Origin: Candidatus Shapirobacteria bacterium
GTDB taxonomy: Bacteria; Patescibacteriota; Microgenomatia; PFEM01; JBDRBL01
Assembly (NCBI GenBank): GCA_043822685.1
Contig: JBDRBL010000002.1
Span: 1 to 44,111, forward strand
DNA length: 44,111 nt
Direction of reading: 5' to 3'
Shown here: positions 34,858-44,040 of the stretch, piece after piece
Numbering within the stretch: position 1 is the first letter of the stretch
Layout of the letters: every line of letters starts with the position of its first letter
The notes under the pieces: generated by a model
What the model saw: the letters and a program-made list of their open reading frames with translations, nothing else
Told to the model about the DNA's origin: nothing
Database searches by the model: none
Position numbers and translations under genes: made by a program

Positions 34858-35865
34858 ATGAAAATGCCACCGACCAAATGGAATTATTCGCTTGACACCG
34901 AAACGGATCGAATCATCAATACCCTGCATCACACCGTCAATCGTTTTTTTACCAAAGCCGGGTTTTTGGTTCTACCTTATCCCATCCCCGGCAACGGCCA
35001 AAGCGTTTATTTGCCCGATTTAAACTATTCTTTTTCGCTCCTCAAAAAATGCGCCCAAATGCCGCCGTTAATCCCCATGCCTGCCGCTCCGATGGTAGTT
35101 AAACTACTTAAAAAACAACTGCTGGCCTGGGGTTGGCAAAGCGAAGAAGCCGCCGTTAATCAATTCAAGAAAAATTGGCAAAAAACCGCCCCGCAGTTTT
35201 GGACCTATTTTAACCATTTTTTCCCGCACCTTAAGTTGCAAAAGCTACTAATTCAACCAACATCTTTTGGCAGTTTGTCTTCTTTTGATCTTAAGGATGA
35301 CCAATTGTCTGTTTACGTCCGCCTAGATATGAATCTCGGGCATTTGGCCGAAGCGGTCGTCTCCGGCGCTTTGATGCATCGATTGAGCAACCGAGGTCGA
35401 GGTTATAATTGGAGCGAGAAAGAAGCTTTTGTGGACATCCTCCTCACCCAGAGCTCATTCGCTCAACTCTTTCCGGAGTATTCGCCCACTCTGTCGCTAA
35501 TCAATCAAAAGGAAAATGCCCGGCTTTCTTTGGAGAATCAAAAATATCAACAGAAATTGGGCATTAACAACCAATCGCTCTTCGACATCAAAAACGATCA
35601 GCTTATAATTATGGCCAAGCCTGTCAAGAATACTTTCAGCGAGGTTGAACAAAAACTTTTAAAAACACTTATTCAACGGAAAAACCAGCTTTGCTCTTTT
35701 GACTCTCTGGCAGAAGTTATTTGGCCAAATGAATCTGAAAAAAAATTTTCTTATTGGGCAATCGCCAAAACCATTCAACGCCTGCGCGATAAATTAGAGT
35801 TATTGGGGATCAACCCCGCCGTCATCCAAACCCGCCGCAAACAGGGTTATATGCTGGTGGATTGA
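34858..35865 (+). CDS. Protein with C-terminal OmpR/PhoB-type winged helix
   Basis: FSEVEQKLL..L......SFDSLAEVIW...I.RLRDKL...IQTRRKQGY. Confidence 0.8.
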   Translation: MKMPPTKWNYSLDTETDRIINTLHHTVNRFFTKAGFLVLPYPIPGNGQSVYLPDLNYSFSLLKKCAQMPPLIPMPAAPMVVKLLKKQLLAWGWQSEEAAVNQFKKNWQKTAPQFWTYFNHFFPHLKLQKLLIQPTSFGSLSSFDLKDDQLSVYVRLDMNLGHLAEAVVSGALMHRLSNRGRGYNWSEKEAFVDILLTQSSFAQLFPEYSPTLSLINQKENARLSLENQKYQQKLGINNQSLFDIKNDQLIIMAKPVKNTFSEVEQKLLKTLIQRKNQLCSFDSLAEVIWPNESEKKFSYWAIAKTIQRLRDKLELLGINPAVIQTRRKQGYMLVD

Positions 35866-36668
35866 GCGGCTAAGAAGACGTTTTCCAAAAGAGAAACGAC
35901 AGTCAGCGGGCCGACGCCGCCGGGGACGGGAGTAATCGCTCCGGCAACATCTTTGACTTCAACAAAGTCCACATCGCCTTGAGGCGAGCCGACGTCAATC
36001 ACTAAAGCGCCGGGTTTGACCATGTTCTTTTTAATCAAACCGGGAACGCCGGACGCCGAAATCAAAATATCCGCCCGACGGGCGTGAAGCGATAAATCAG
36101 CTGTTTTGCGATCACAGCGATCGACCCCAGCTCCCAGAAAATCCAAATAATCGGCAATCGGTTTGCCAATAAATCCCGTCGCCCCCACGACGCAAACAGA
36201 AGAATTTTTAATTTCTAATTCAAAATTTTTAATTATTACTAAGACTGCCTTAAGAGTGGCCGGTAAAAAAAGCGCTTGACCTTTGTTTAATCGCGACAAA
36301 TTATAATCAGTCAAGCAATCGACGTCTTTCTGGGGAGCGATTTGATTAATTAAATCGGCTGGTTTAATTAATTGAAGCGGCAGTTGAATCAAAATACCGG
36401 TAATTAATTGGTCATTATTTTTTTGTTGGAGCAGCGATTTAATTAATTGAAGTGAATCTTTTTGAGAAAAAAGATGTTTTTCAAAGTGCAAACCAACTCT
36501 TTTGGCCGCTTGTTCTTTTAGGGCAACATACATTTTGGAAGCCGGGTCATCTCCAGCCAAAACAACCGCCAAGCCCGGAGAAAAATGATGAGTTTTTTTG
36601 AACAAAGCAATCTTTTGCGCCAGAGCCGCTTCTTTCTCATCCGCCCACTTTTTGCCGTTGATAATCAT
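35847..36668 (-). CDS. folD: Methylene-THF dehydrogenase/cyclohydrolase
   Basis: DPAS..YV..K, GILIQLPL, KDVD and TPVPGGVGPLTV motifs. Confidence 0.96.
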   Translation of the reverse strand: MIINGKKWADEKEAALAQKIALFKKTHHFSPGLAVVLAGDDPASKMYVALKEQAAKRVGLHFEKHLFSQKDSLQLIKSLLQQKNNDQLITGILIQLPLQLIKPADLINQIAPQKDVDCLTDYNLSRLNKGQALFLPATLKAVLVIIKNFELEIKNSSVCVVGATGFIGKPIADYLDFLGAGVDRCDRKTADLSLHARRADILISASGVPGLIKKNMVKPGALVIDVGSPQGDVDFVEVKDVAGAITPVPGGVGPLTVVSLLENVFLAAQSTSI

Positions 36669-36695
36669 CTCTTGAGTATTATATAGTATAAAGGG

Positions 36696-37904
36696 ATGAA
36701 GAAAAAAATCCTTATTTCCAGTCTGATCTCCTTCGCCCTGCTGGCAACAGCCGTTAAAAACGCGGCCGCGGCCATCTCGCCTCCGGGTTTGGGATTTGGC
36801 GTCTGCCATTGGCCGGGAACGGGCCGTTACGCTGAATCGGTTAACTGGTTTTACTGGGGCGGCGGAGAGGAAAACTGGAATAAAATTGAACCGGTAAAAG
36901 GCCAGTATACCTTTGCCAAACTAGACAAACAACTGGCCGACCAATTCACCGCCAAACCAAATACCTCGATGTGGCTCAATATTATGACGGCCATGCCCGA
37001 TACCGTGCCCGAGTGGGCCAAAAATGACCCAGCGCTAGAATACATTAAATTAAAACCGAAGAATGCCTCAACTTTTCCGATTTGGAACCCCGCCTTTCAA
37101 CAAGTATTTACCGAACTGCTTACCAAAATCAGCGAACATCTCTACGCGCCCTCGTTCCCGTATCGCGACAAAATCAAAGCGGTGGTGATGATGAGCGGCG
37201 GCAGTTTTGGCGAGATGATCACCCGGTCCGATTGTCCCAACGGAGATGATTGTAAAAAATATCTGGCCGCCGGCTATACCGACGAAAAATACCTCGAGGC
37301 TTTGGTAAATTGGCTGGCGCCCTTGTATCTTCGCTTATTTCCCGATTATCCGATTGTCCTCCAGCTTGGCGGCGGCATCTACGGCAATGACACCGGCGGT
37401 ACTGCCGCCAATCGACTGGTGGACAAATACGGGAGCCGTATCTATGTAAAATGGAACGGCTGGAACCGCAAGTACGCCCAGGAAGGAAGCAGTACCGATC
37501 GGTATTATCACCGCCTCATGGCCTCGCTGGCCGATCGGGCGCGAGTCGGTTTTGAACCGGGCTACCCTTGGGCGATTCCCGACAACGAGTCGGCGGAGAT
37601 GCAAAAATCAATCTATGACTCGATTACCGCAACACTGAAAGAAGTGCCGGTCTCGTATTTTTGCCTGCAGGATAAATATTATCAAATTCTGACAGCCGAG
37701 CAAGTGCGGGAATTAAGTTCACAAATGCGGGGAATCGATAGCCCGACTGCTCCGATTGCCTGCGACTTCGACGGCAATGGTCAAATTACCCTCAATGATT
37801 TTAAAACAGCGTTGATTCACTATGGGCAAACAGAAAATATCACTTGCCAAAATACCAACCTGATCAACGGCCTCGACCTGGCAAAAATTATGCTAACTCT
37901 GTAA
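36696..37904 (+). CDS. Secreted clan GH-A-like glycoside hydrolase with C-terminal dockerin-like motif
   Basis: Signal peptide; WNKIEPVKGQYTFAKLD; FGEM and GFEP Glu candidates; CDFDGNGQITLNDF...INGLDL. Confidence 0.7.
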   Translation: MKKKILISSLISFALLATAVKNAAAAISPPGLGFGVCHWPGTGRYAESVNWFYWGGGEENWNKIEPVKGQYTFAKLDKQLADQFTAKPNTSMWLNIMTAMPDTVPEWAKNDPALEYIKLKPKNASTFPIWNPAFQQVFTELLTKISEHLYAPSFPYRDKIKAVVMMSGGSFGEMITRSDCPNGDDCKKYLAAGYTDEKYLEALVNWLAPLYLRLFPDYPIVLQLGGGIYGNDTGGTAANRLVDKYGSRIYVKWNGWNRKYAQEGSSTDRYYHRLMASLADRARVGFEPGYPWAIPDNESAEMQKSIYDSITATLKEVPVSYFCLQDKYYQILTAEQVRELSSQMRGIDSPTAPIACDFDGNGQITLNDFKTALIHYGQTENITCQNTNLINGLDLAKIMLTL

Positions 37905-39056
37905 AACCCGACTAATCCGCCGGGCAATTGAGATCATCTCTTTTTCTTTCAGGCCAAGAGCGGTAACGGCCGGAGTACCCAAGCGAAGACCGGAAGGGCG
38001 TCGGGGCGGATTGGGATCAAACGGAATGGCATTGGCGTTAACCACAATCCCCGCCCGTTCCAATTTAACCGCCGCATCTTGGCCATTGATTTTTTGGCGA
38101 CGCAAATCAATGAGTAAAAGATGATTATCCGTTCCGCCGGTAACCAAATCAAAACCCAATTTTATCAACTCGGCGGCCAAAGCTTGAGCATTCTTGACCA
38201 CCTGCCAAGCATAAGCTTTAAAGTCTTTACTCTGCGCTTTGCGAAGAGCAATTGCCATGGCGGCAATATTGTTTACATGCGGCCCGCCCTGTAAACCGGG
38301 AAAGACCGCCCGGTCAATCTTTTGAGCCAAATCCGAATCTTTCCACAGACCTTTTGCTGTCACCATGATAATTGCTCCCCGCGGTCCGCGCAAAGTTTTA
38401 TGAGTCGTTGTTGTAACAAGATCGACAAACTTTACCGGTGAGGGATAAACCCCGCCGGCGATCAAACCGGCATAATGCGAAATGTCCGCTGCCAGATACG
38501 CCCCGACACTTTGGGCAATGTGGCTAAACTTAGCCCAATCAAACAAGCGCGGATAGGCCGTTGCTCCGGCCCAAACCAGCTTCGGTTTAACTCTTTTGGC
38601 CAAAGACAAAATCGCCTCATAATCCAAACAATTGTCCTTGGAACTAACCCCATAAGTACTGGCCTGATAAAACCGGCCGGCAAAACTGACCTTGGCGCCA
38701 TGAGTCAGATGACCGCCGGCGGCCAGCTCCATCCCCAAAACTCTCTCCCCTACCTGACAAGTAGCCAAATAAACCGCCTGATTGGCCGGCGAACCGGAGT
38801 AAGGCTGGACATTGGCGTGAGGCGTGCCAAAAAGTTTTTTGGCCCGAGCGATAGCCAAATTTTCAATTTCGTCAACAAGCGTGTTGCCTTGATAGTAGCG
38901 TTTACCCGGGTAACCTTCGGCGTACTTGTTAGTCAAGCAACTGCCCAGCGCCACCAACACCTCCGGCCAGGCATAATTTTCCGAAGGAATGAGCATCAAC
39001 GTCTCTTTTTGACGCCTTTCCTCTTGTTTTATGAGTTCAAAAATCGGATCCAGCAT
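37893..39056 (-). CDS. glyA: Serine hydroxymethyltransferase
   Basis: LIPSENY, NKYAEGYPG, GGHLTHG and TTTHKTLRGPRG motifs. Confidence 0.99.
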   Translation of the reverse strand: MLDPIFELIKQEERRQKETLMLIPSENYAWPEVLVALGSCLTNKYAEGYPGKRYYQGNTLVDEIENLAIARAKKLFGTPHANVQPYSGSPANQAVYLATCQVGERVLGMELAAGGHLTHGAKVSFAGRFYQASTYGVSSKDNCLDYEAILSLAKRVKPKLVWAGATAYPRLFDWAKFSHIAQSVGAYLAADISHYAGLIAGGVYPSPVKFVDLVTTTTHKTLRGPRGAIIMVTAKGLWKDSDLAQKIDRAVFPGLQGGPHVNNIAAMAIALRKAQSKDFKAYAWQVVKNAQALAAELIKLGFDLVTGGTDNHLLLIDLRRQKINGQDAAVKLERAGIVVNANAIPFDPNPPRRPSGLRLGTPAVTALGLKEKEMISIARRISRVLQS

Positions 39057-39142
39057 TACCGCCTATTTTACCCGTTCATCCTCAAAAGGGCAATTTTTAA
39101 CACAGACGTGGACGACCGTCAACAAATGTGTTAAATTCAGCT

Positions 39143-40612
39143 TCATCTCTGCCAGAAATCAACCGTTCGATAATCGGTGACGCGGAAGTGTTTGGCCCAG
39201 GCCGGATGGCGGCGGGCAAAGTGCCGATACATAGTGTAGGCAACCTGGCGATAGGAAAAGTGGCCGGTTGGTTTGGTCCGTAACTCGGTTAAATATTGCA
39301 ACTCCCACGGCGTCATGCGCATTAAAACTCGCCGATAAGTAGCTAAGGGTAAAACATACTGGCCAACATGAGGATATTTTTTCTCGATTCTCCAAAAAAG
39401 CGCTTCCGCTTTTTTCATCATCTCCTGATATTTTTGGGCCAAACCAACAGCTTTGATCTCCCTCGGACAAGCAAAACCGTAGACCGGTCGAAAGTCCTTG
39501 ATAATATGAATAACATTACGATGGCGATGCAAATCACGATAGGCGCCGATATCCAAACATAAATCAAAAATAAGATTGCCAGTATTTAGTTCGCGCAACA
39601 AAGAGTCATGTTCACCACGCAAGCGATAAACAATTTCGATAATTTTATTAATTTTCGCCGGAGAAAATTTTTTCACTTCACTCAAAAGTTGACGATAGGA
39701 AAAATCAGAAACACGGTATAACAAAGTGGTAACTAAATCAATTTCTGGTCTAATCCGCTCATGCAAAGCCGTTTTAGTTGAATCGAGAGTTTTAATTTTG
39801 GGTAGATAGTTTTTTAACTGATCGTAAACTTGTGATTGATAAGTATTTTTTTGCGCATATTTCACTAAAGTTGGCAGGGCAATATTTTTCCCAAAAATAG
39901 CACGAAAATCTTTGGGGTTAAGTTTATTTAAAGCCGGATTGAAAGCCGGTTTTTGGCAAATTGCTTGTTGCAACTCGACACCAATCTCTTGACACTCCAG
40001 TAAGGGCGAGGATAAGAACTTGGTAATAATTCTTTCCCAAGTACGCGCACTGGCAAGCACACCCATGCCTTTTGGTAAAGAGAATGGCAAAACGTAGCGC
40101 GCAACATCAAACGAGCGCGCATACAAAGCCCGAGTCAAAGTCTCTTTATCCATATCGGCAGGACAAGTCGAAGAATAACGACGTAAATAAAGTTGAGTAA
40201 CTCTTTCCGTTATTTTTTGATAAAGGGCGATTAGATTACAATTGTGTTGTTGATAAATTGATAGCGTTTTAGAATCATTTTTAATCTCCGGCGGAGTAAT
40301 AAATTCACACTTGGAGTAGTCTACATATCGGGTAGAACGACTCTGGGCGTCAATTAATTGATCATCCAAAAGTAAAAAGCGAGCAGGCTGGGAGATATTT
40401 TCCACCACCATTGCCACATGGGCCAGATCGGCAATACTGGCATGGCCATATTGAAAATAAAACGAGTTATAAAATTTTTCCGCCCCCTTCTCGCTTAGCT
40501 CCACGACCCAATCCTGATAGGATTTATACACCGGCGTGCGGGAAAATTTGGCCAAAGCGTAGCCGCCCGGCTCCGGCTGAACCCCCAAAACGGCAAAAAT
40601 CTTCCGCTTCAT
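39143..40612 (-). CDS. thyX: FAD-dependent thymidylate synthase, tandem-domain type
   Basis: YGHASIA, SRSTRY, DVARYVLP, RDLHRHR and GHFSYR motifs. Confidence 0.9.
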   Translation of the reverse strand: MKRKIFAVLGVQPEPGGYALAKFSRTPVYKSYQDWVVELSEKGAEKFYNSFYFQYGHASIADLAHVAMVVENISQPARFLLLDDQLIDAQSRSTRYVDYSKCEFITPPEIKNDSKTLSIYQQHNCNLIALYQKITERVTQLYLRRYSSTCPADMDKETLTRALYARSFDVARYVLPFSLPKGMGVLASARTWERIITKFLSSPLLECQEIGVELQQAICQKPAFNPALNKLNPKDFRAIFGKNIALPTLVKYAQKNTYQSQVYDQLKNYLPKIKTLDSTKTALHERIRPEIDLVTTLLYRVSDFSYRQLLSEVKKFSPAKINKIIEIVYRLRGEHDSLLRELNTGNLIFDLCLDIGAYRDLHRHRNVIHIIKDFRPVYGFACPREIKAVGLAQKYQEMMKKAEALFWRIEKKYPHVGQYVLPLATYRRVLMRMTPWELQYLTELRTKPTGHFSYRQVAYTMYRHFARRHPAWAKHFRVTDYRTVDFWQR

Positions 40613-40977
40613 TTTTGAAAATCCATCCACAAGCGCGAGGCCGTGGGTCCTTTTTGACCTTGATATTTGGAGCCGATCTGTTTGCTCCCGTACGGACGCA
40701 GAACCGAACTGGTCACTTGGAAAAAACAGATTTGCGCAATGCGCATCCCCGCATAAATTTTGATCGGCAAACGGGAAAGATTAGAAATCTCGAAGGTCAG
40801 CCAGCCGCTAAAACCAGGATCCACAATCAAGCCGCATTTCCAGCTATCAAACACCCGCACCTTGTTCTCCAAATGCAAATCAACAGTTGAAGGTTGAACT
40901 GCCACGGGGTCGAAGGGGACAATTTTGATACGGCCTTTTTTGATTTGAGCAATAATTTCCCGATCGGCTAAAATCAT
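40609..40977 (-). CDS. dcd: dCTP deaminase with internal in-frame deletion (possible pseudogene)
   Basis: MILADREI...VQPSTVDLHL and VDPGFSG.LTFEISN...RIAQ...KYQGQ.GP are present; the central RSS segment is missing. Confidence 0.85.
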   Translation of the reverse strand: MILADREIIAQIKKGRIKIVPFDPVAVQPSTVDLHLENKVRVFDSWKCGLIVDPGFSGWLTFEISNLSRLPIKIYAGMRIAQICFFQVTSSVLRPYGSKQIGSKYQGQKGPTASRLWMDFQK

Positions 40978-40979
40978 CC

Positions 40980-41369
40980 TTATCCTCCCGCCCAGGGCAA
41001 GGTTTTTAATTTTAACTGCTTGAAATGGCGATCAAAAGTAAAAACAGGCAGATCAAGTTTTTGGGAAACAAAGATCACCGTCGCGTCAACCCAGCTAATG
41101 GTTAATTTTGATTGACAATAAATTCGCCAAGCATTTTCAAACTCTTCTTTATTTAAAAGATAAATACCTATTCCTTGCAGCGCCTCACCGTGTTTTTCCG
41201 CTGTTTTTTTGGTAAAACGGGATTGAATTAAGGCCATCAACTCTTCAAAAACACTCTCCAAAACGACCAACTCCGGTTTTTTCGACAAAAAATCTTTTGC
41301 TTGTCGATGAAAGACATCACTTTGAACTATCGAGGCTAACCAAGCACTGGTATCTAAAATAACTCGCAT
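40980..41369 (-). CDS. vapC: VapC/PIN domain toxin
   Basis: ILDTS...EEL...SWVDAT...FTFDRHF. Confidence 0.92.
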   Translation of the reverse strand: MRVILDTSAWLASIVQSDVFHRQAKDFLSKKPELVVLESVFEELMALIQSRFTKKTAEKHGEALQGIGIYLLNKEEFENAWRIYCQSKLTISWVDATVIFVSQKLDLPVFTFDRHFKQLKLKTLPWAGG

Positions 41370-41375
41370 ATTAAA

Positions 41376-41621
41376 TTAGCGCGTAAAATCTTTGGCCAAA
41401 TACCGATCATGATTAACAGACAAGTCTTTTAACAACTTACTTTTAATACTTCCCACTAGTCTCCAAATTTTTGGGTAAGCGGACGGAGAAGATCTTTTTT
41501 CATCCACCAATTCTCTCACAATTTGAGCCATAGTTTTTCCCTCGCTAAAAGCCCGATAACGCAGCCAAGAGTAACGCTCCTCATCCAAAAACAATTGAGT
41601 CCGATGCTGGGTCAAATTCAT
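41376..41621 (-). CDS. RHH/CopG-type antitoxin (VapB-like)
   Basis: RTQLFLDEE...TMAQIVRELVD...DLSVNHDRYL; upstream of the PIN gene. Confidence 0.88.
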   Translation of the reverse strand: MNLTQHRTQLFLDEERYSWLRYRAFSEGKTMAQIVRELVDEKRSSPSAYPKIWRLVGSIKSKLLKDLSVNHDRYLAKDFTR

Positions 41622-41627
41622 AACGAC

Positions 41628-41656
41628 ACAATACTACATATACAGCATGCTGTCAA
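41628..41656 (-). promoter_or_regulatory. vapBC promoter with palindromic operator
   Basis: TTGACA-17 bp-TATTGT; perfect palindrome ACAGCATGCTGT (41642-41653) overlaps the -35. Confidence 0.75.
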
Positions 41657-41675
41657 GAAGCAATTAAAAACCATT

Positions 41676-43601
41676 TCATTTCGGTTTGCGCCAGGAGGCC
41701 CAAGTGCATTTAGGGTAATTGCCGCAGCCGTAAAAGCGTTTGCCGCGCTTGGTCCGCCGCACCACCACTTCCCCTCCGCACTGCGGGCATTTTTGGTCAA
41801 GGACTTTTTCGATATACGGCGCGGTATATTTACACTCCGGATAACGCGAGCAGGAAAGAAATTTACCGAAGCGGCCGACTCGAATAACAATCTCGCCCTG
41901 ATCACACTGCCCGCATTTTTGGCCAGTCTTTTCCACCGGCACTATCACCCGCTTGGCGGTTTTGACAACACTGGTTAATTTGGCCGAAAAGGGTTGATAA
42001 AAATCCCGCACCAAAGGCACCCATTCTTTACGGCCATTCGCAATCGCATCCAAATCGTCTTCCATTCTGGCGGTAAAATCATAATCAAAAAGGTCGCTAA
42101 AGTGGGTGAGCAAAAAGTCATTGACGGTAATCCCCAAGGCCGTGGGGTGAAATTTTCCCTCGATTTTTTCGACATATTGCCGGTATTGGATCGTGACCAG
42201 AATCGGCGCGTAAGTCGAGGGCCGGCCAATCCCTTTTTGCTCCAAGGTTTTAATTAAAGCCGCCTCGCTATAACGAGCCGGCGGTTGGGTAAATTTTTGC
42301 TCGGAGCGAAGCGACAGGCGGCGCAATTCTTCGTCAACTTTTAAAACCGGCAGCGGCTTCTCCTCTTCGCGCCGGGGATAAAGCCTCAACCAGCCGTCAA
42401 AAAGCCGGTGTTTGCCTTCGGCCAGCAATTCATAGCGCTTGCCTTTGTCCAAACCAAGAATCTCTGCCCGAGTATTTTGCCAAAGAGCATCGCTCATTTG
42501 ACAAGCGAGAGTGCGGCGAAAAATTAAAAAATAAAGTCTCTGTTCATTCTTGTCCAGGCCGGCCGGCTCTTCCTGTGTAATCCGGGTCGGACGGATCGCT
42601 TCATGGGCCTCTTGAGCAACTTTGGCCCGGGAAAGATAGCGCCGCGGCGAAGGAGCCAGATATTTCTCTCCCCACTTTTTTTTAATTTGGGCGCGAATTT
42701 GAGTAATCGCCTCATCAGCCAAAAAAGCCGAGTCGGTCCGATGATAGGTAATCAGCCCCTTTTCGTAAAGTGACTGGGCGGCGCGCATCGTTTTTTGACC
42801 GGTAAAACCATAAGCTTGGGCCGCTTTCTGCTGAAGGGTCGCCGTTCGAAAAGGCTCGGCAGGTTTTTGGGAGACTTCTTTCTGGTCAAGGGCGGCCACG
42901 GAATAGCGGCATTGTTTGAGCCGGGCCATCAGCGCTTTGGCTTCTTGACCACTGGTCACTTTTTGGTTTAATTTGGCGAGAAAAGAGTGGCCGTTGGTCA
43001 GCTCGACCCAGAGATGCCAGTATTCCTCGGACTTAAAGGCTGCCACTTCGCGCTCTTTCTCGACAATCAGCCGAACGGCGACACTTTGCACCCGGCCAGC
43101 CGACAAATTTTTGCGGATTTTTTGCCACAAAAGCGGTGAAAGTTTGTAGCCAACCAGGCGATCCAGCACCCGGCGCGCCTGCTGGGCATTGACCAAGGGC
43201 AGGTTAATTTCCCCCGGCTGATTTAAAGCCTTCTCCACGGCAGTCTTGGTAATCTCATGAAAAGTAATTCTTTTAAAGATTTTTTCAGCCAAAGGCTGAT
43301 CTCCGCGCAAAAGCGCGGCGGCGTGCCAAGCAATGGCTTCTCCTTCACGATCAGGATCGGTGGCCAAATAAATTTGCGTTGCGGCAGCGGCCAGTTTTTC
43401 AATTTGCTTAAACGTTTCTTTTTTCTTGTCCACTAATTGATACTGCGGCGTAAAGTTATTTTCCAAGTCAATTCCCAAAGATTCTTTGGGTAAATCGCGC
43501 AAGTGACCCAAAGTCGCCGCCACCTGATATTTTCCTCCCAAAAAGCGCGCCAGTGTTTTGGCCTTGGTCGGGCTCTCGACGATAATCAGCCTTGTGTCCA
43601 T
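41676..43601 (-). CDS. topA: DNA topoisomerase I
   Basis: IVESPTKAKT, ATDPDREGE, SAGRVQS and ITYHRTD motifs; zinc ribbons. Confidence 0.99.
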   Translation of the reverse strand: MDTRLIIVESPTKAKTLARFLGGKYQVAATLGHLRDLPKESLGIDLENNFTPQYQLVDKKKETFKQIEKLAAAATQIYLATDPDREGEAIAWHAAALLRGDQPLAEKIFKRITFHEITKTAVEKALNQPGEINLPLVNAQQARRVLDRLVGYKLSPLLWQKIRKNLSAGRVQSVAVRLIVEKEREVAAFKSEEYWHLWVELTNGHSFLAKLNQKVTSGQEAKALMARLKQCRYSVAALDQKEVSQKPAEPFRTATLQQKAAQAYGFTGQKTMRAAQSLYEKGLITYHRTDSAFLADEAITQIRAQIKKKWGEKYLAPSPRRYLSRAKVAQEAHEAIRPTRITQEEPAGLDKNEQRLYFLIFRRTLACQMSDALWQNTRAEILGLDKGKRYELLAEGKHRLFDGWLRLYPRREEEKPLPVLKVDEELRRLSLRSEQKFTQPPARYSEAALIKTLEQKGIGRPSTYAPILVTIQYRQYVEKIEGKFHPTALGITVNDFLLTHFSDLFDYDFTARMEDDLDAIANGRKEWVPLVRDFYQPFSAKLTSVVKTAKRVIVPVEKTGQKCGQCDQGEIVIRVGRFGKFLSCSRYPECKYTAPYIEKVLDQKCPQCGGEVVVRRTKRGKRFYGCGNYPKCTWASWRKPK

Positions 43602-43728
43602 GAAAATGATAATAGCATGTTTTCTATCAGTTGTTTAGTGAGTAATAAAGTTACTCACAATATTAGCACTCCTAAAAGTTTTCACGCAGACGAAGAAAAA
43701 CCGTAATTCGTAGCCATCTCGACCTTGC

Positions 43729-43758
43729 TTGACATGGTAGTAGTGGTGGTGGTAAAAT
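43729..43758 (+). promoter_or_regulatory. sigma70 promoter
   Basis: TTGACA-18 bp-TAAAAT with extended TG; ATG 8 nt later. Confidence 0.65.
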
Positions 43759-43766
43759 GCGTCCCA

Positions 43767-43961
43767 ATGGAAAGAATCGAAAGACAATTGAGCGCAAAAG
43801 AGGCTCGCCTCGCAGCGGATTTGATTTCGTTAGAGCAAGATGGAGATTCCGCGGCTTTTCGTGCCATGCTGGACTTTTTCTCTGGTGAAGATAGTTTTTT
43901 CGTCGAAGACACTGGTCTTGTCAGCGGTAAACCTAAAGTAACAGTTTCTCATTGGCAATAG
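43767..43961 (+). CDS. Small acidic hypothetical protein (64 aa)
   Basis: ATG placed directly after a near-consensus promoter; MERIERQLSAKE... Confidence 0.6.
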   Translation: MERIERQLSAKEARLAADLISLEQDGDSAAFRAMLDFFSGEDSFFVEDTGLVSGKPKVTVSHWQ

Positions 43962-43968
43962 CAATAAA

Positions 43969-44040
43969 TCACTTCCCGAACCACGCCTCGAGGATTTTTT
44001 TGGCCATCGGAGCGGCCACCGCCGAGCCCTCGCCGCCCTT
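43969..44040 (-). pseudogene. Orphan 3' end of a class B penicillin-binding protein (PBP2-like)
   Basis: KGGEGSAVAAPMAKKILEAWFGK* matches the PBP2 terminal G.GS..AAP....I motif. Confidence 0.6.
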
